64,000 nucleotides of DNA, taken from contig CANQKH010000006.1 in the NCBI GenBank assembly GCA_947624415.1, positions 13,910 to 77,909 on the forward strand, read 5' to 3'. Positions 17,647-27,428 of the stretch are shown in pieces. Made by a program: the position numbers and the translations under genes. The stretch comes from an uncultured Clostridia bacterium (GTDB taxonomy: Bacteria; Bacillota; Clostridia; Christensenellales; UBA1242). Every line of letters begins with the position of its first letter. Positions within the stretch are counted from its first letter, which is position 1. Below the pieces are notes generated by a model. That model worked only from the letters and a program-made list of their open reading frames with translations. It did not search any database and was not told where the DNA came from.

Positions 17647-20031
17647 ATGAAAAAGAAATTCTTTTTGACGGCTCTTACCTTGTGTGCTGTAATCTGCTTG
17701 GGGTTGGGTCTGACCGCCTGCGGAAAGGGAAGCAATGATAAAGTAACAGCCACAAATGGGCTTGTCTATAAGTTAAACAAAGACAAGACAAGTTATAATT
17801 TGATTGACTATGATGAAAGCGTGGGACAGCAGAGTAGTGATATTGTTATTGCCAATGAAATTAATGGAAAACCTGTAGTTGCTGTCCAAAATGCTATATT
17901 TTATGACCAAGTAAATAAAGTTGGAAATGACAATATAAAAACTTTGACAATTCCTGACAATGTTGCAAAAATTACAGAAACATCTTTTTGGGGTCTATCG
18001 GCTCTTGAAGTTGTAAATATTGGAAGCGGTTTGAAAACCATTGAAGATGTTATTAGTTACTATGTTGATAAAGACAATCTTGCAGGTATATTTTTGGGAT
18101 GTGATAACATAACCCAATTTAATGTTTCACTAAACAATACAAATTATAGAAGTGAAGGTGCTTGTCTTATTGAAAAAGCAGGTGTTTCTTCTGGAGAAAG
18201 AAAAGGTGGCTCGGTAAACCAATACGACAAATTAATTTATAGTGGCAAGGGAAATGTTATACCTGAATCTGTTGGAATTATTGGTAAATATTGCTTTTTA
18301 AACAGAAAAACTGCCCTTTCTTCAACTATACCAAGCCAAATTAAGCAAATTGACGAGTATGCTTTTGCATTTAGTCAAATGAACGGCACTTTAAATTTGC
18401 ATGAAGGAATTGTTGAAATTGGAAACAACGCTTTTGACGGAGTTAAAGGAATAAGTGGAGATTTGGTTATACCTAACAGCCTTAAACGTGTAAGAACGAG
18501 TGCTTTTAAAGATTTAAATAATTTATCAAGCATTACAATAGGCGATGGCACTGAATATATAGAAAGTCATGCATTTGATGTTTTTGAAGCCGATTCGTTG
18601 AGAACGTTGGATTTTATAGAATTTGGCAAAAATTTAAAAATGATTGATGAAAATTCATTCTCGCGAACTGTAAAAAATGGTAGCGTTCCAGTTGCAAAAG
18701 AGTTGAGAATTTTTGCTGAGGGAGAAGTTGATATTGGAGATTTTCTTTACAACTTTGTTGACGAAAGCCAGTTAAAGAAATTTACTTTTCCTGCCACACC
18801 TTCAATTTTGAGGGCATTGGAGAAAAATTATATAAATCCAGGCTATGTTGATGATGGACTTGACCTTACTATAATAAGCGGTTCAATCCCTTCAAACTTT
18901 GGGGATTTGGCATTTGAAAAGGGTGCTAATGTTGCAAACTTGGTTATAAAAGAAGATGTTTCAAAAATAGAAGAAGGTGCGTTTACTCGCTCAAGTAGAA
19001 ACCCAGCATTTGAAAATATTGTAATAGAATACAATCCAAATAGAGTTTGGGAGGGAAGTGTAAGCGACTCCTCAATTACAAGTTTAACTGCTAATGCAAG
19101 TGATGTTAAATATTTCAGCGGGATGCAAAATCTTTATGTAACAGGTGGACAAATTGGTGAAAACGCTTTTGACGATGGCTCTTGCTTAACATCAGTAAAA
19201 ACTTTAAGATTGGGACAAAGCGTAACAGTTGTTGATGCTTCAGCACTATTAAAAAGCAGTAGTCGTCAAACGATTACTGTGGACGCAGGCAACTCCAAAT
19301 ACCATGTTGATGACAGTCAAACCTGCCTTATTGATGACGCAAATACACTTGTTCTTGGTTGCAAAACTACAACAACAATCCCAAGCGAAGTTACAAAAAT
19401 AGGCATCCAAGCCTTTGCAAACACAGAAACAACATTAACAGTTATTCCAGAAGGGGTAACAACCATTTATTCAAATGCGTTTGAGGGCTGTGCAATGAGA
19501 AGTATATCTTTACCTGCAAGTTTAAATGACATGAGCACATCAAATTTATCATTCTTCGCCTTTTTGAATTGTAGAAAACTTGGCAGCATAACAGTTGACC
19601 CTTCAAATAGAAATTATTCAAGCCAAAATGGACTGCTTTACAATAAGGATAAAAGTCAACTAATTTATGTTCCATGTAACGCAACAAATATAAGAATTGC
19701 AGACACTGTTTCAACTTTAACCTCAAAAGCATTCCAAGACTTGCGAAATAGTTATGGAACTTATAGCAACAAGATTTCAATCACTTTGGGTAAAGGCGTA
19801 ACAAAGATTGAAAGAGATGTGCTAAGCGATAGAGTGTTTGAGAGAATTAATTTGCCAGAAGAATTTTATAACACAACTTGGAAATATGGCAATATGCCTG
19901 GTGAACGTTATGAAATCAAATATAATGGTGAAGGCGAAGTAACAAACGTGCAAATAACAGAGGCCTTGACCGCCGCAGCAACTTTCTTTTTGAATAATTC
20001 GACCAAAACATTTGAACTTGTTGTTGAATAA
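17647..20031 (+). CDS. surface lipoprotein with BspA-type leucine-rich repeats
   Basis: Signal peptide plus lipobox (LGLGLTAC); repeated I-P-x-x-V-x-x-I-x-x-x-A-F units throughout. Confidence 0.75.
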   Translation: MKKKFFLTALTLCAVICLGLGLTACGKGSNDKVTATNGLVYKLNKDKTSYNLIDYDESVGQQSSDIVIANEINGKPVVAVQNAIFYDQVNKVGNDNIKTLTIPDNVAKITETSFWGLSALEVVNIGSGLKTIEDVISYYVDKDNLAGIFLGCDNITQFNVSLNNTNYRSEGACLIEKAGVSSGERKGGSVNQYDKLIYSGKGNVIPESVGIIGKYCFLNRKTALSSTIPSQIKQIDEYAFAFSQMNGTLNLHEGIVEIGNNAFDGVKGISGDLVIPNSLKRVRTSAFKDLNNLSSITIGDGTEYIESHAFDVFEADSLRTLDFIEFGKNLKMIDENSFSRTVKNGSVPVAKELRIFAEGEVDIGDFLYNFVDESQLKKFTFPATPSILRALEKNYINPGYVDDGLDLTIISGSIPSNFGDLAFEKGANVANLVIKEDVSKIEEGAFTRSSRNPAFENIVIEYNPNRVWEGSVSDSSITSLTANASDVKYFSGMQNLYVTGGQIGENAFDDGSCLTSVKTLRLGQSVTVVDASALLKSSSRQTITVDAGNSKYHVDDSQTCLIDDANTLVLGCKTTTTIPSEVTKIGIQAFANTETTLTVIPEGVTTIYSNAFEGCAMRSISLPASLNDMSTSNLSFFAFLNCRKLGSITVDPSNRNYSSQNGLLYNKDKSQLIYVPCNATNIRIADTVSTLTSKAFQDLRNSYGTYSNKISITLGKGVTKIERDVLSDRVFERINLPEEFYNTTWKYGNMPGERYEIKYNGEGEVTNVQITEALTAAATFFLNNSTKTFELVVE

Positions 20032-20152
20032 AGAAATATTGCTTTTTAGATAAAATTATCATTATTAATCGAAAAAACTTGATTTTTTGATGAAAAAGTC
20101 AAAATTAATTATAAATTTTGGCTCTTGGGGACAAAAATTATAAATATTAAGC

Positions 20153-20187
20153 AAAAAAAACGCAGTAAAAAAATAACTGCGTTTTTT
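20153..20187. terminator. intrinsic terminator
   Basis: CGCAGT / ACTGCG stem embedded in A-run ... T-run. Confidence 0.45.
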
Positions 20188-20238
20188 AAGTTTTTGCAGA
20201 TAAACTAAACTGATTGTTTTAATCAATAAAAATTCGGG

Positions 20239-20691
20239 GGAAACTAAGTTTCCCAAGAGAGGGCGGAATATGTTTTTTTCAAATATAGCCAAATTCGATA
20301 ACGATGGAAACTAAGTTTCCCAAGAGAGAGCGGAATATGTTTTTTTCAAATATAGCCAAATTCGATAACGATGGAAACTAAGTTTTCTCGATAATGATGG
20401 AAACTAGGTTTCCTAAGAGAGAGCGGATTATTTTTTTTCAAGTATCACAACATTCGATAATGATGGAAACTAAGTTTCCTCGATAATGATGGAAACTAAG
20501 TTTTCCAAGAGAGAACGGAATATGTTTTTTCAAATATAGCCAAATTCGATAACGATGGAAACTAAGTTTCCTCGATAATGATGGAAACTAGGTTTCCTAA
20601 GAGAGAGCGGATTATTTTTTTTCAAGTATCACAACATTCGATAATGATGGAAACTAAGTTTCCTCGATAACGATGGAAACTTTAGTTTCCT
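20239..20691. repeat. array of 10 GGAAACTAAGTTTCC hairpins in alternating 66-67-bp and 26-bp units
   Basis: Hairpin starts at 20239, 20306, 20373, 20399, 20465, 20491, 20557, 20583, 20649, 20675; unit also carries AAGAGAGrGCGGA and CAAATATAGCCAAATTCGATAACGAT; same module grammar as the origin repeats. Confidence 0.85.
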
Positions 20692-21404
20692 GGGAAGGTG
20701 AAAAGGAGATAATGATTGTCGCCGTCAAAAATTTCAACATCTGGCAAAATCAAACGCTTTGATGCTGATGTTTTATAATCAAAATATGGATTGATTATTT
20801 GAATATATTTATTTTTGTTTAATATAACCTTCTCAAAATTTTTGTCAATGCAAGTGCTTAGTGCAAGGGTATATCTTAATTTTTCACCTCGATTATCAAG
20901 TATCCCGTATATTTTTTCATGCACATTATATTTTTTCTTAAATTTTAAAATTATCCCCTCAATTTCTTTAATTGAAAAAAGCGTATATGTAACCCCATAC
21001 AAAATAAGGCGAGGCATTTCGCACCAACTCATGTTAAGTGGCAACTTGCTAAATTCAGTTTCGTTAAATTCCAGCCTGTTTAAAAACTTAAATTCACCAC
21101 TTTGCGAAGGAGATACGCCATGGAATTTTTTAAATGCACGCGAAAAACCCTCTCGCGAATCATATCCGCACATAATTGCCACTTCAACAATCTTTTGATT
21201 TTTAAGCAAAAAAACAGCCTCACTTAACCGCCTCAGCCGAACATACTCGACGGGCGTATAGTTTGTGAGAAGTTCAAATATAATCTTGCTGTAAATCTCA
21301 TTCATTTCAAGTATTTTGGAGATTTCATTGTAATTTATATCCTCAAAAAGATGCCCCTCCAAATAATCAATTACATTATTCAATTTTCTATAAATGTTTT
21401 CCAT
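20682..21404 (-). CDS. AraC/XylS family transcriptional regulator
   Basis: N-terminal dual HTH ending GYDSREGFSRAFKKFHGVSPSQ; C-terminal effector-type domain; divergent from the 21613 operon. Confidence 0.75.
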   Translation of the reverse strand: MENIYRKLNNVIDYLEGHLFEDINYNEISKILEMNEIYSKIIFELLTNYTPVEYVRLRRLSEAVFLLKNQKIVEVAIMCGYDSREGFSRAFKKFHGVSPSQSGEFKFLNRLEFNETEFSKLPLNMSWCEMPRLILYGVTYTLFSIKEIEGIILKFKKKYNVHEKIYGILDNRGEKLRYTLALSTCIDKNFEKVILNKNKYIQIINPYFDYKTSASKRLILPDVEIFDGDNHYLLFTFPGN

Positions 21405-21612
21405 GTTTCGATGTTAACACACACCGCCACCAAAGTCAACTAAAAAGATAATTTTATCAATAATTTTATCACTATATTATTGCTTTATTTGACAATTTTA
21501 TAAATTTTTAAATCACATACAATTAAATTATATGATAATTTTATATCTAAAAATATCACGCAAAAATATATTTAATATGATATAATAATGATATAGATAT
21601 AGGGAGGCTTAT

Positions 21613-22095
21613 ATGAGAAAGATAAAATTTAATGGAAAATCGCTAAACCTAGACAAAGCAATAGATATGGCAAAAGCCATTAATGATGACAGAGTTGCCT
21701 ATTGTAAACAACTCAAAGGCGTGGCACAAAATTCAATTTCAAAACTTAATGAAACAAAGCCCACCGACCTTGATAAATTGCATGAACAAAAGATTGCATA
21801 TCTTACAAATATATATTTCAATTTAGTTAATGCAAACAAGAAAAGATTGGCTTCCTACAACACAAAAGATATTGACAAGGAGATTAAACATTCTCTTTCC
21901 TCTCAAAATTTTGAGGGCTTCGCTTCCAACTTGGAGACAATGCTCGAAGATGCAAAGAGAGTGAGCGAATATTCTGCAAAGGTTACATATCAAAGTGTAG
22001 TTGATATTACATCGGGTGTTATTGAACTGCTTGACGATAAAAATAAATTTCTCGACAACGTTTTGAATGAAAACCTTAAAGAGAGCGATTTGTAG
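21613..22095 (+). CDS. hypothetical alpha-helical protein (paralog 1 of 3)
   Basis: 160 aa, GGGAGG RBS; first gene of a tightly spaced three-gene operon. Confidence 0.5.
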   Translation: MRKIKFNGKSLNLDKAIDMAKAINDDRVAYCKQLKGVAQNSISKLNETKPTDLDKLHEQKIAYLTNIYFNLVNANKKRLASYNTKDIDKEIKHSLSSQNFEGFASNLETMLEDAKRVSEYSAKVTYQSVVDITSGVIELLDDKNKFLDNVLNENLKESDL

Positions 22096-22103
22096 GGGGA
22101 GAT

Positions 22104-22637
22104 ATGAGCGAGAAAAAATACCAATATTTTGATAAAAAATATACAAAAGAACAACTAATTTATATTTGCCATGAAGACTTAACTCGCCAGATTCGAAGAT
22201 ACAAAAACCTTTTGTATAGTTACAAAAAATTTATATCTGAGGCAAAAGAAAAAATTAATGCAAGCCAATTGGCGGAAGAAAACATGTCTTATCCTACACT
22301 AATTCATGTCAAACACCTTGATAAATTGCAACAAAAGTTTAATTCTGCATATAGTATTGATGAAGAAAAACTTAGCAATGCAATTGCAAGCGAAAATCTT
22401 CAACTTATTGCAAAATATACGCAAATTGCAACAAAAAAAGGTATAAAATTGTATAAATCGATAAGCGAAACCTTACTTATGGGCTTAAGAGACAAGGAAG
22501 ACGTTGAAACATTTAAGACTTTTGAGTTTGAGGCGAACGTTTTAAACAAAGCCATTTTGAGTTTGCGGGAAATTGACCAATATATGTGCGAACAGATTGA
22601 AAAATATGAAAACTCACAAAAAGAAATAGATGAATAG
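22104..22637 (+). CDS. hypothetical alpha-helical protein (paralog 2 of 3)
   Basis: 177 aa, AGGGGGA RBS, 8 nt after previous stop; N-terminal Y-x-x-K-x-Y-T-x-x-Q motif shared with the next gene. Confidence 0.5.
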   Translation: MSEKKYQYFDKKYTKEQLIYICHEDLTRQIRRYKNLLYSYKKFISEAKEKINASQLAEENMSYPTLIHVKHLDKLQQKFNSAYSIDEEKLSNAIASENLQLIAKYTQIATKKGIKLYKSISETLLMGLRDKEDVETFKTFEFEANVLNKAILSLREIDQYMCEQIEKYENSQKEIDE

Positions 22638-22645
22638 GGGGATTT

Positions 22646-23164
22646 ATGAGTAAAGAAGTCAATGTTGATTACCTTATGAAGGATTACACAGACCAACAAA
22701 TTGGTGAATTGTTTTGTGCAAGAATGAGCGGAAAGATTGAAAAATTAAAGGAGATTCAAGCACTTTTAGAGAATGAGATTTCTTCGCTGGGCGAGAGTAA
22801 ACAAACAAAAAATTCACTTTCCACAAAAATTGGGCTTAGAATGTATAACAAGGCAACAGAAACATTAAATAATTCTTTTAGCCAAAAAATGAAAAAGTTA
22901 CAGGGATTTTTGCAAAACGACAACATGAGAGAAATTATAAGGGATTATGAAAAAACCGATGATAAATTTTCAATGTTTTGCGATAATATAACCAAAAACG
23001 TGCTTGAAAACCTTGATAAGAGTGTTGCCAGAGATGGTGAAGTTGCACGTGCAATGTTGCAATACAATTTGTTAAGCGTGGAAAAAGCAATCGAACAATT
23101 AGATTTTCATAAACAATATTTCACCGACCTTAAAAATGAAAATGAACCATATATTGGTGAATAA
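22646..23164 (+). CDS. hypothetical alpha-helical protein (paralog 3 of 3)
   Basis: 172 aa, AGGGGGA RBS, 8 nt after previous stop. Confidence 0.5.
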   Translation: MSKEVNVDYLMKDYTDQQIGELFCARMSGKIEKLKEIQALLENEISSLGESKQTKNSLSTKIGLRMYNKATETLNNSFSQKMKKLQGFLQNDNMREIIRDYEKTDDKFSMFCDNITKNVLENLDKSVARDGEVARAMLQYNLLSVEKAIEQLDFHKQYFTDLKNENEPYIGE

Positions 23165-23249
23165 TTAAACCTTTTTTGAAAAATAACGAAAAAATGTTGC
23201 TAATTTCAATATTATATGCTAAACTAATTTAGGAAAACGAGGAGCAAAA

Positions 23250-23429
23250 ATGAAAAATTTAGACGATATAAAAAATGAAAATGAACTTATAAAAAGTTAT
23301 ATTGACGAGGCCATAAGTTTGCTTCTTCAAAAAAATATAAATGAGTGTATGAAATGCCTTGAAAATTTAAAACTTTTCGTTAGCAGTGTATACAGTATAA
23401 AATATTTTTTCTTTGATGATGAAGACTAA
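23250..23429 (+). CDS. small hypothetical protein (59 aa, below ORF-track cutoff)
   Basis: Hand translation MKNLDDIKNENELIKSYIDEAISLLLQKNINECMKCLENLKLFVSSVYSIKYFFFDDED; GAGGAG RBS; followed by a terminator. Confidence 0.4.
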   Translation: MKNLDDIKNENELIKSYIDEAISLLLQKNINECMKCLENLKLFVSSVYSIKYFFFDDED

Positions 23430-23431
23430 TT

Positions 23432-23454
23432 TCCACTTCGGTGGATTTTTTTTT
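23432..23454 (+). terminator. intrinsic terminator (UUCG tetraloop hairpin + T9)
   Basis: TCCAC-TTCG-GTGGA followed by TTTTTTTTT. Confidence 0.5.
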
Positions 23455-23663
23455 GCCCAAAACGACCTTGCCTTTAATAAATTTTCGACATATTATTACA
23501 TCTTATTTTGACATTTTTAATGTTTTATTGTTGAAAAAAGATTAAATTTCCATTATAATTATTATAAAGTTCGACAAAATTACAAAAATTTTAATTATTA
23601 TCCACTATGTGCTTTGCTTTAATTTGTTTTTGTTGTATAATATTTTTAAATTATGGGGGAAAT

Positions 23664-25025
23664 ATGGAATCTTGTGAACAATTTATCTTGCAAAACAACC
23701 TTTTTGAAAAAGGTGATGTTATAGGTGTTGGTTGCAGTGGCGGTAGCGACTCGCTTGCCCTTCTTCATTATCTTGCAAACAATCAAAGCCGCTTTGATAT
23801 TGAAGTTGTGGCAATATATGTTGACCATCAAATTCGTGAAAACAGTGAGGAAGACGGCGAATTTGTAAGACAAAAAGCAAAGGAAATGGGCGTTCGCTTT
23901 TATAAATTTAAAATAGATGTTCCTCGCCTTGCAAAAGAAAAAAATCAAAGCCTTGAAACGGCTGGCAGAGAAGGTCGAAGGGGTGTTTTCAAAGCACTTG
24001 TCGACAAAGGCGTTGTAGATAAAATCGCTCTTGCTCATCATCAACAAGACCAAGTTGAAACAATTTTGATGCACCTTTTTAGAGGTTCTGGACTTGCAGG
24101 TGTTAGGGGAATGGCGGCAAAATCATCTTTTTATGTTCGACCTTTGTTGTCAACTAAAAAAGAAGAAATTTTAGAGTATCTTTCTTTAAATCAACTTGAT
24201 TATCTTGAAGATTACACAAATGCAGAAAACAATTACAACAGAAACTTTTTGAGAAATGTTGTAATGAAAGACATCCGTTCACGTTGGCCAGGGGTTGATG
24301 ATGCGATAATAAAATTTAGCCAAACAATCAAAGAGGATGATGACTTTATAAACAGCCAAGTTTCAATGGATACAGTTATACTTGATTCAAAAGTGGCAAA
24401 AATTCCACTTTCGTATTTTATGTATTCCTCATCTCTTACAAGCAGAATGATTTTCCAAACCCTTAAAAAACTAGGAATAACTCATGATATTGAAAGAAAA
24501 CATATAGATTTAATTTTAGATTTAGTCCAAAATGGATATAATGGTAACAGAGTTTCTCTTCCTTTTGGCGTTGTTGCAGTAAAAGAGTATGATTATCTCA
24601 CTATAACCAATAATCAAAAAGTTGAAAATGAAGAATTTATAAAACCTTTCAAATGTGGTGATGTTCAAGTTCCAAACTTTGGAAAGGTGTGCGTAAAGAA
24701 AATGAAGGATTTTGACCTTGTCGATACCTGGGTTGCAGAAGAAGGTGTTTTGTTTATTGATATGAAAAAATTGCCAAAAGATGCTGTGTGGAGATTTAGA
24801 CAAGAGGGCGACAATTTCACTAAATTTGGTGGTGGAAGCAAGAAATTAAAAAGTTATTTAATAGACAAAAAAATCCCTGCAAGACTACGTAATTTCATAC
24901 CAGTTTTGGCGTCAGGAAAAGAGGTTTATGTAATTGCAGGCTTGGAAGTTTCTGACAAGGTAAAAGTGGAACGTGGCTCGATAATTTATCAAATTACAAC
25001 GAAAAATGCCCCAAAACTCGTGTAA
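23664..25025 (+). CDS. tilS: tRNA(Ile)-lysidine synthetase
   Basis: PP-loop GVGCSGGSDSLALL; C-terminal KKLKSYLIDKKIPARLRNFIPVL; ATG at 23664 preceded by GGGGGA (track start 23607 is over-extended). Confidence 0.85.
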   Translation: MESCEQFILQNNLFEKGDVIGVGCSGGSDSLALLHYLANNQSRFDIEVVAIYVDHQIRENSEEDGEFVRQKAKEMGVRFYKFKIDVPRLAKEKNQSLETAGREGRRGVFKALVDKGVVDKIALAHHQQDQVETILMHLFRGSGLAGVRGMAAKSSFYVRPLLSTKKEEILEYLSLNQLDYLEDYTNAENNYNRNFLRNVVMKDIRSRWPGVDDAIIKFSQTIKEDDDFINSQVSMDTVILDSKVAKIPLSYFMYSSSLTSRMIFQTLKKLGITHDIERKHIDLILDLVQNGYNGNRVSLPFGVVAVKEYDYLTITNNQKVENEEFIKPFKCGDVQVPNFGKVCVKKMKDFDLVDTWVAEEGVLFIDMKKLPKDAVWRFRQEGDNFTKFGGGSKKLKSYLIDKKIPARLRNFIPVLASGKEVYVIAGLEVSDKVKVERGSIIYQITTKNAPKLV

Positions 25026-25111
25026 AAAGCCCATTTTTCCAAAAATTATGCCAAAATACTTCTCAAAATGACAAAATGTTTGTATAATTATATTACACAC
25101 AAGGAGGTGTT

Positions 25112-25939
25112 ATGTTAAGAGTTTTTGTAGACTCTGGAAGCAGTATAAAACAAGAGGAAACTCAATATTATAATATAGAACTTATTCCACTTAAAATTTT
25201 GTTGGGTGAAGTTGAATATCAAGATGGCGTAGATTTGCCACTCGATGTTTTTTATGATAAACTTATTAACGAAAAATTATTTCCAAAAACATCACTTCCA
25301 AATCTAGGCGAACTTGAAGAAAGGGTCAATAGATACACCCTGGCAGGCGACAGGGTTTTAATCTTAACAATTTCGTCTGAAATTTCAGGCTCGTTCAATG
25401 CAATTAAGTTGCTCTTTAAAGACAATGAAAACGTTTTAGTCGTTGATTCCCGTATGGCGGTTGGAGGTATGCGTCTTATTGTTGATGAAATAAACAAATA
25501 TCGCGACCAACCATTTGAGGTTATTGAGGAAAAAGTCAATGCACTTATACCAAAAATAAAGATTATGGCAATCCCTGAAACACTAGAATATCTAATGCGT
25601 GGAGGAAGATTGTCAAAAAAAGATTGGCTTATTGGAAGTTTGTTGAAAATAAAACCCATTATTGGATTTTTAGACGGAAAAGTTAAAGTTCTCGCAAAGA
25701 AAATGGGACTAAAAAATGGTATGCATTCTATAGTAAGTGCCTTAGGAGAACTTGAATGTGATGAAAATTATGAAATTATTCCATCATACACATATAATGA
25801 AGATAATCTTACAAAACTCATTGAAATGACAGAGGAAAAATATAAAAAACAAATGCGTGTTCGCGACAATCTTGACCCGGCAATTGCTTGCCATTGGGGT
25901 CCTGGTGCATTTGGATATATATTTGTTTCAAAAAAATAA
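25112..25939 (+). CDS. DegV family fatty-acid-binding protein
   Basis: VDSGSSI start, TSLPNLGE, ISSEISGSFNA pattern typical of DegV. Confidence 0.8.
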   Translation: MLRVFVDSGSSIKQEETQYYNIELIPLKILLGEVEYQDGVDLPLDVFYDKLINEKLFPKTSLPNLGELEERVNRYTLAGDRVLILTISSEISGSFNAIKLLFKDNENVLVVDSRMAVGGMRLIVDEINKYRDQPFEVIEEKVNALIPKIKIMAIPETLEYLMRGGRLSKKDWLIGSLLKIKPIIGFLDGKVKVLAKKMGLKNGMHSIVSALGELECDENYEIIPSYTYNEDNLTKLIEMTEEKYKKQMRVRDNLDPAIACHWGPGAFGYIFVSKK

Positions 25940-26058
25940 GAAAGTGGCAAATGCTATTGCACCTTGAAAGTTATATGACTTAAAAGGTGCTTTTTTTAAT
26001 TTCTTATATTAGAGCCAAGCGGTTGCAAAAATCTTATTTATGTGATATAATTTTCATT

Positions 26059-27399
26059 ATGAACGATACAATTTGTGCAATTTCAACTCCACTTGGACGA
26101 GGTGCAATTTCAATAGTAAGAATGAGTGGCCCTTCTTCATTAAATATAATGAGCCAACTTTTTCATAGCAAAAAGTTGGAAAAGGAAGAAATCTTGCCAA
26201 GATATATGTATTTTGGAGAATTCTCATTGCTTAGCGGCTCGAAGGAGCAATGCTTGTCTGTGTATTTTAAATGTCCATATAGTTATACTGGGGAAGATAT
26301 GGTTGAATTCCAAATACATGGAGGGACGCTTTTGACCCAACTTGTTTTGGAGAGTATTCAAGCAAAAGGGGCAAGGCTGGCAGATGCAGGCGAATTTACT
26401 AAGCGTGCTTTCGAGAATGGGAAAATAAGCCTGGACATGGCAGAAAGTATAATAGGGGAAATTAATGCGGAAAGCGAAGGAGAACTTCGTGCTTCATTAC
26501 ATTTGGCACAAGGCTTTTTGGCAGAAAAAATAAAAAATATGCAAAATGGGCTGACTGAAATGTTGGCAGAAATTGAGGCGACCCTTGATTATCCAGAAGA
26601 AGACTTTGAGGCTTCTACAAAAGAAAAAATCTTTAAAAACATAAAAAATACACTTTTTGAGTTGAAAAATTATCAAAATTCACAAAAAAATGGCATATTA
26701 TTACAAGAAGGTGTAAAAATTGCAATTGTTGGGGCGACCAATGTTGGCAAGTCTTCAACGCTTAATGCCTTGCTTGGAGAAAACAGAGCGATTGTTACAG
26801 ACATAGAGGGAACTACTCGTGATGTCTTGACAGAAAGTATTTCATATAAGGGAATAAAGTTCAATTTTATTGACACAGCAGGCATACGTGAAAGCAGTGA
26901 TAAAATTGAAAGTCTTGGGATTGAAAAATCAAAACAATCAATAGATGAGGCAAATGTTTTGCTTTGCCTTCTTGATGGAAGCCGATTGTTAAATGAAAAT
27001 GATAAAAAAATATTAAATTTAGTAAAAGACAAGAAAAATGTTGTCTATATTGTAAATAAAAGCGACCTTCCACGTGTGCTTGAAAAATTTGATGGTGAAA
27101 TTGAAATTTCGGCACTTAACGATAAAAATATACAAGAAATTAAAGAAAGAATTTTCAATCTTGTTTGTCAAGAAAAGATTGATTATAATCAAGAAATTAT
27201 AATCTCATCTCGCCAAGCACAGTCTATAAACAATGCTGTAAATATTTGCAACAACATATTAAATGCAACATTTGAAAGCATGGATATAATTGCCATGTTA
27301 ATAAAAAATTTGTGGAACGAACTTGGAAAGATTACTGGGGAATGCGAAAATGAAAGCATAATTGATTTGATTTTTTCAAAATTTTGCCTTGGAAAATAA
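26059..27399 (+). CDS. mnmE: tRNA modification GTPase MnmE
   Basis: DTICAISTP N-terminus, G1 GATNVGKSST, DTAGIRE, C-terminal FCLGK; ATG at 26059 (track start 25987 is over-extended). Confidence 0.9.
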   Translation: MNDTICAISTPLGRGAISIVRMSGPSSLNIMSQLFHSKKLEKEEILPRYMYFGEFSLLSGSKEQCLSVYFKCPYSYTGEDMVEFQIHGGTLLTQLVLESIQAKGARLADAGEFTKRAFENGKISLDMAESIIGEINAESEGELRASLHLAQGFLAEKIKNMQNGLTEMLAEIEATLDYPEEDFEASTKEKIFKNIKNTLFELKNYQNSQKNGILLQEGVKIAIVGATNVGKSSTLNALLGENRAIVTDIEGTTRDVLTESISYKGIKFNFIDTAGIRESSDKIESLGIEKSKQSIDEANVLLCLLDGSRLLNENDKKILNLVKDKKNVVYIVNKSDLPRVLEKFDGEIEISALNDKNIQEIKERIFNLVCQEKIDYNQEIIISSRQAQSINNAVNICNNILNATFESMDIIAMLIKNLWNELGKITGECENESIIDLIFSKFCLGK

Positions 27400-27428
27400 A
27401 AATAAGTTTTATTTAAGGAGAAAGTAAA

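Noticed and set aside
20239-20691. Possible CRISPR array, because of regularly spaced palindromic repeats
   Set aside because: The sequences between hairpins are themselves repeated (two alternating unit types), so there are no unique spacers. No cas genes are in the window. The same modules occur in both orientations around dnaN.
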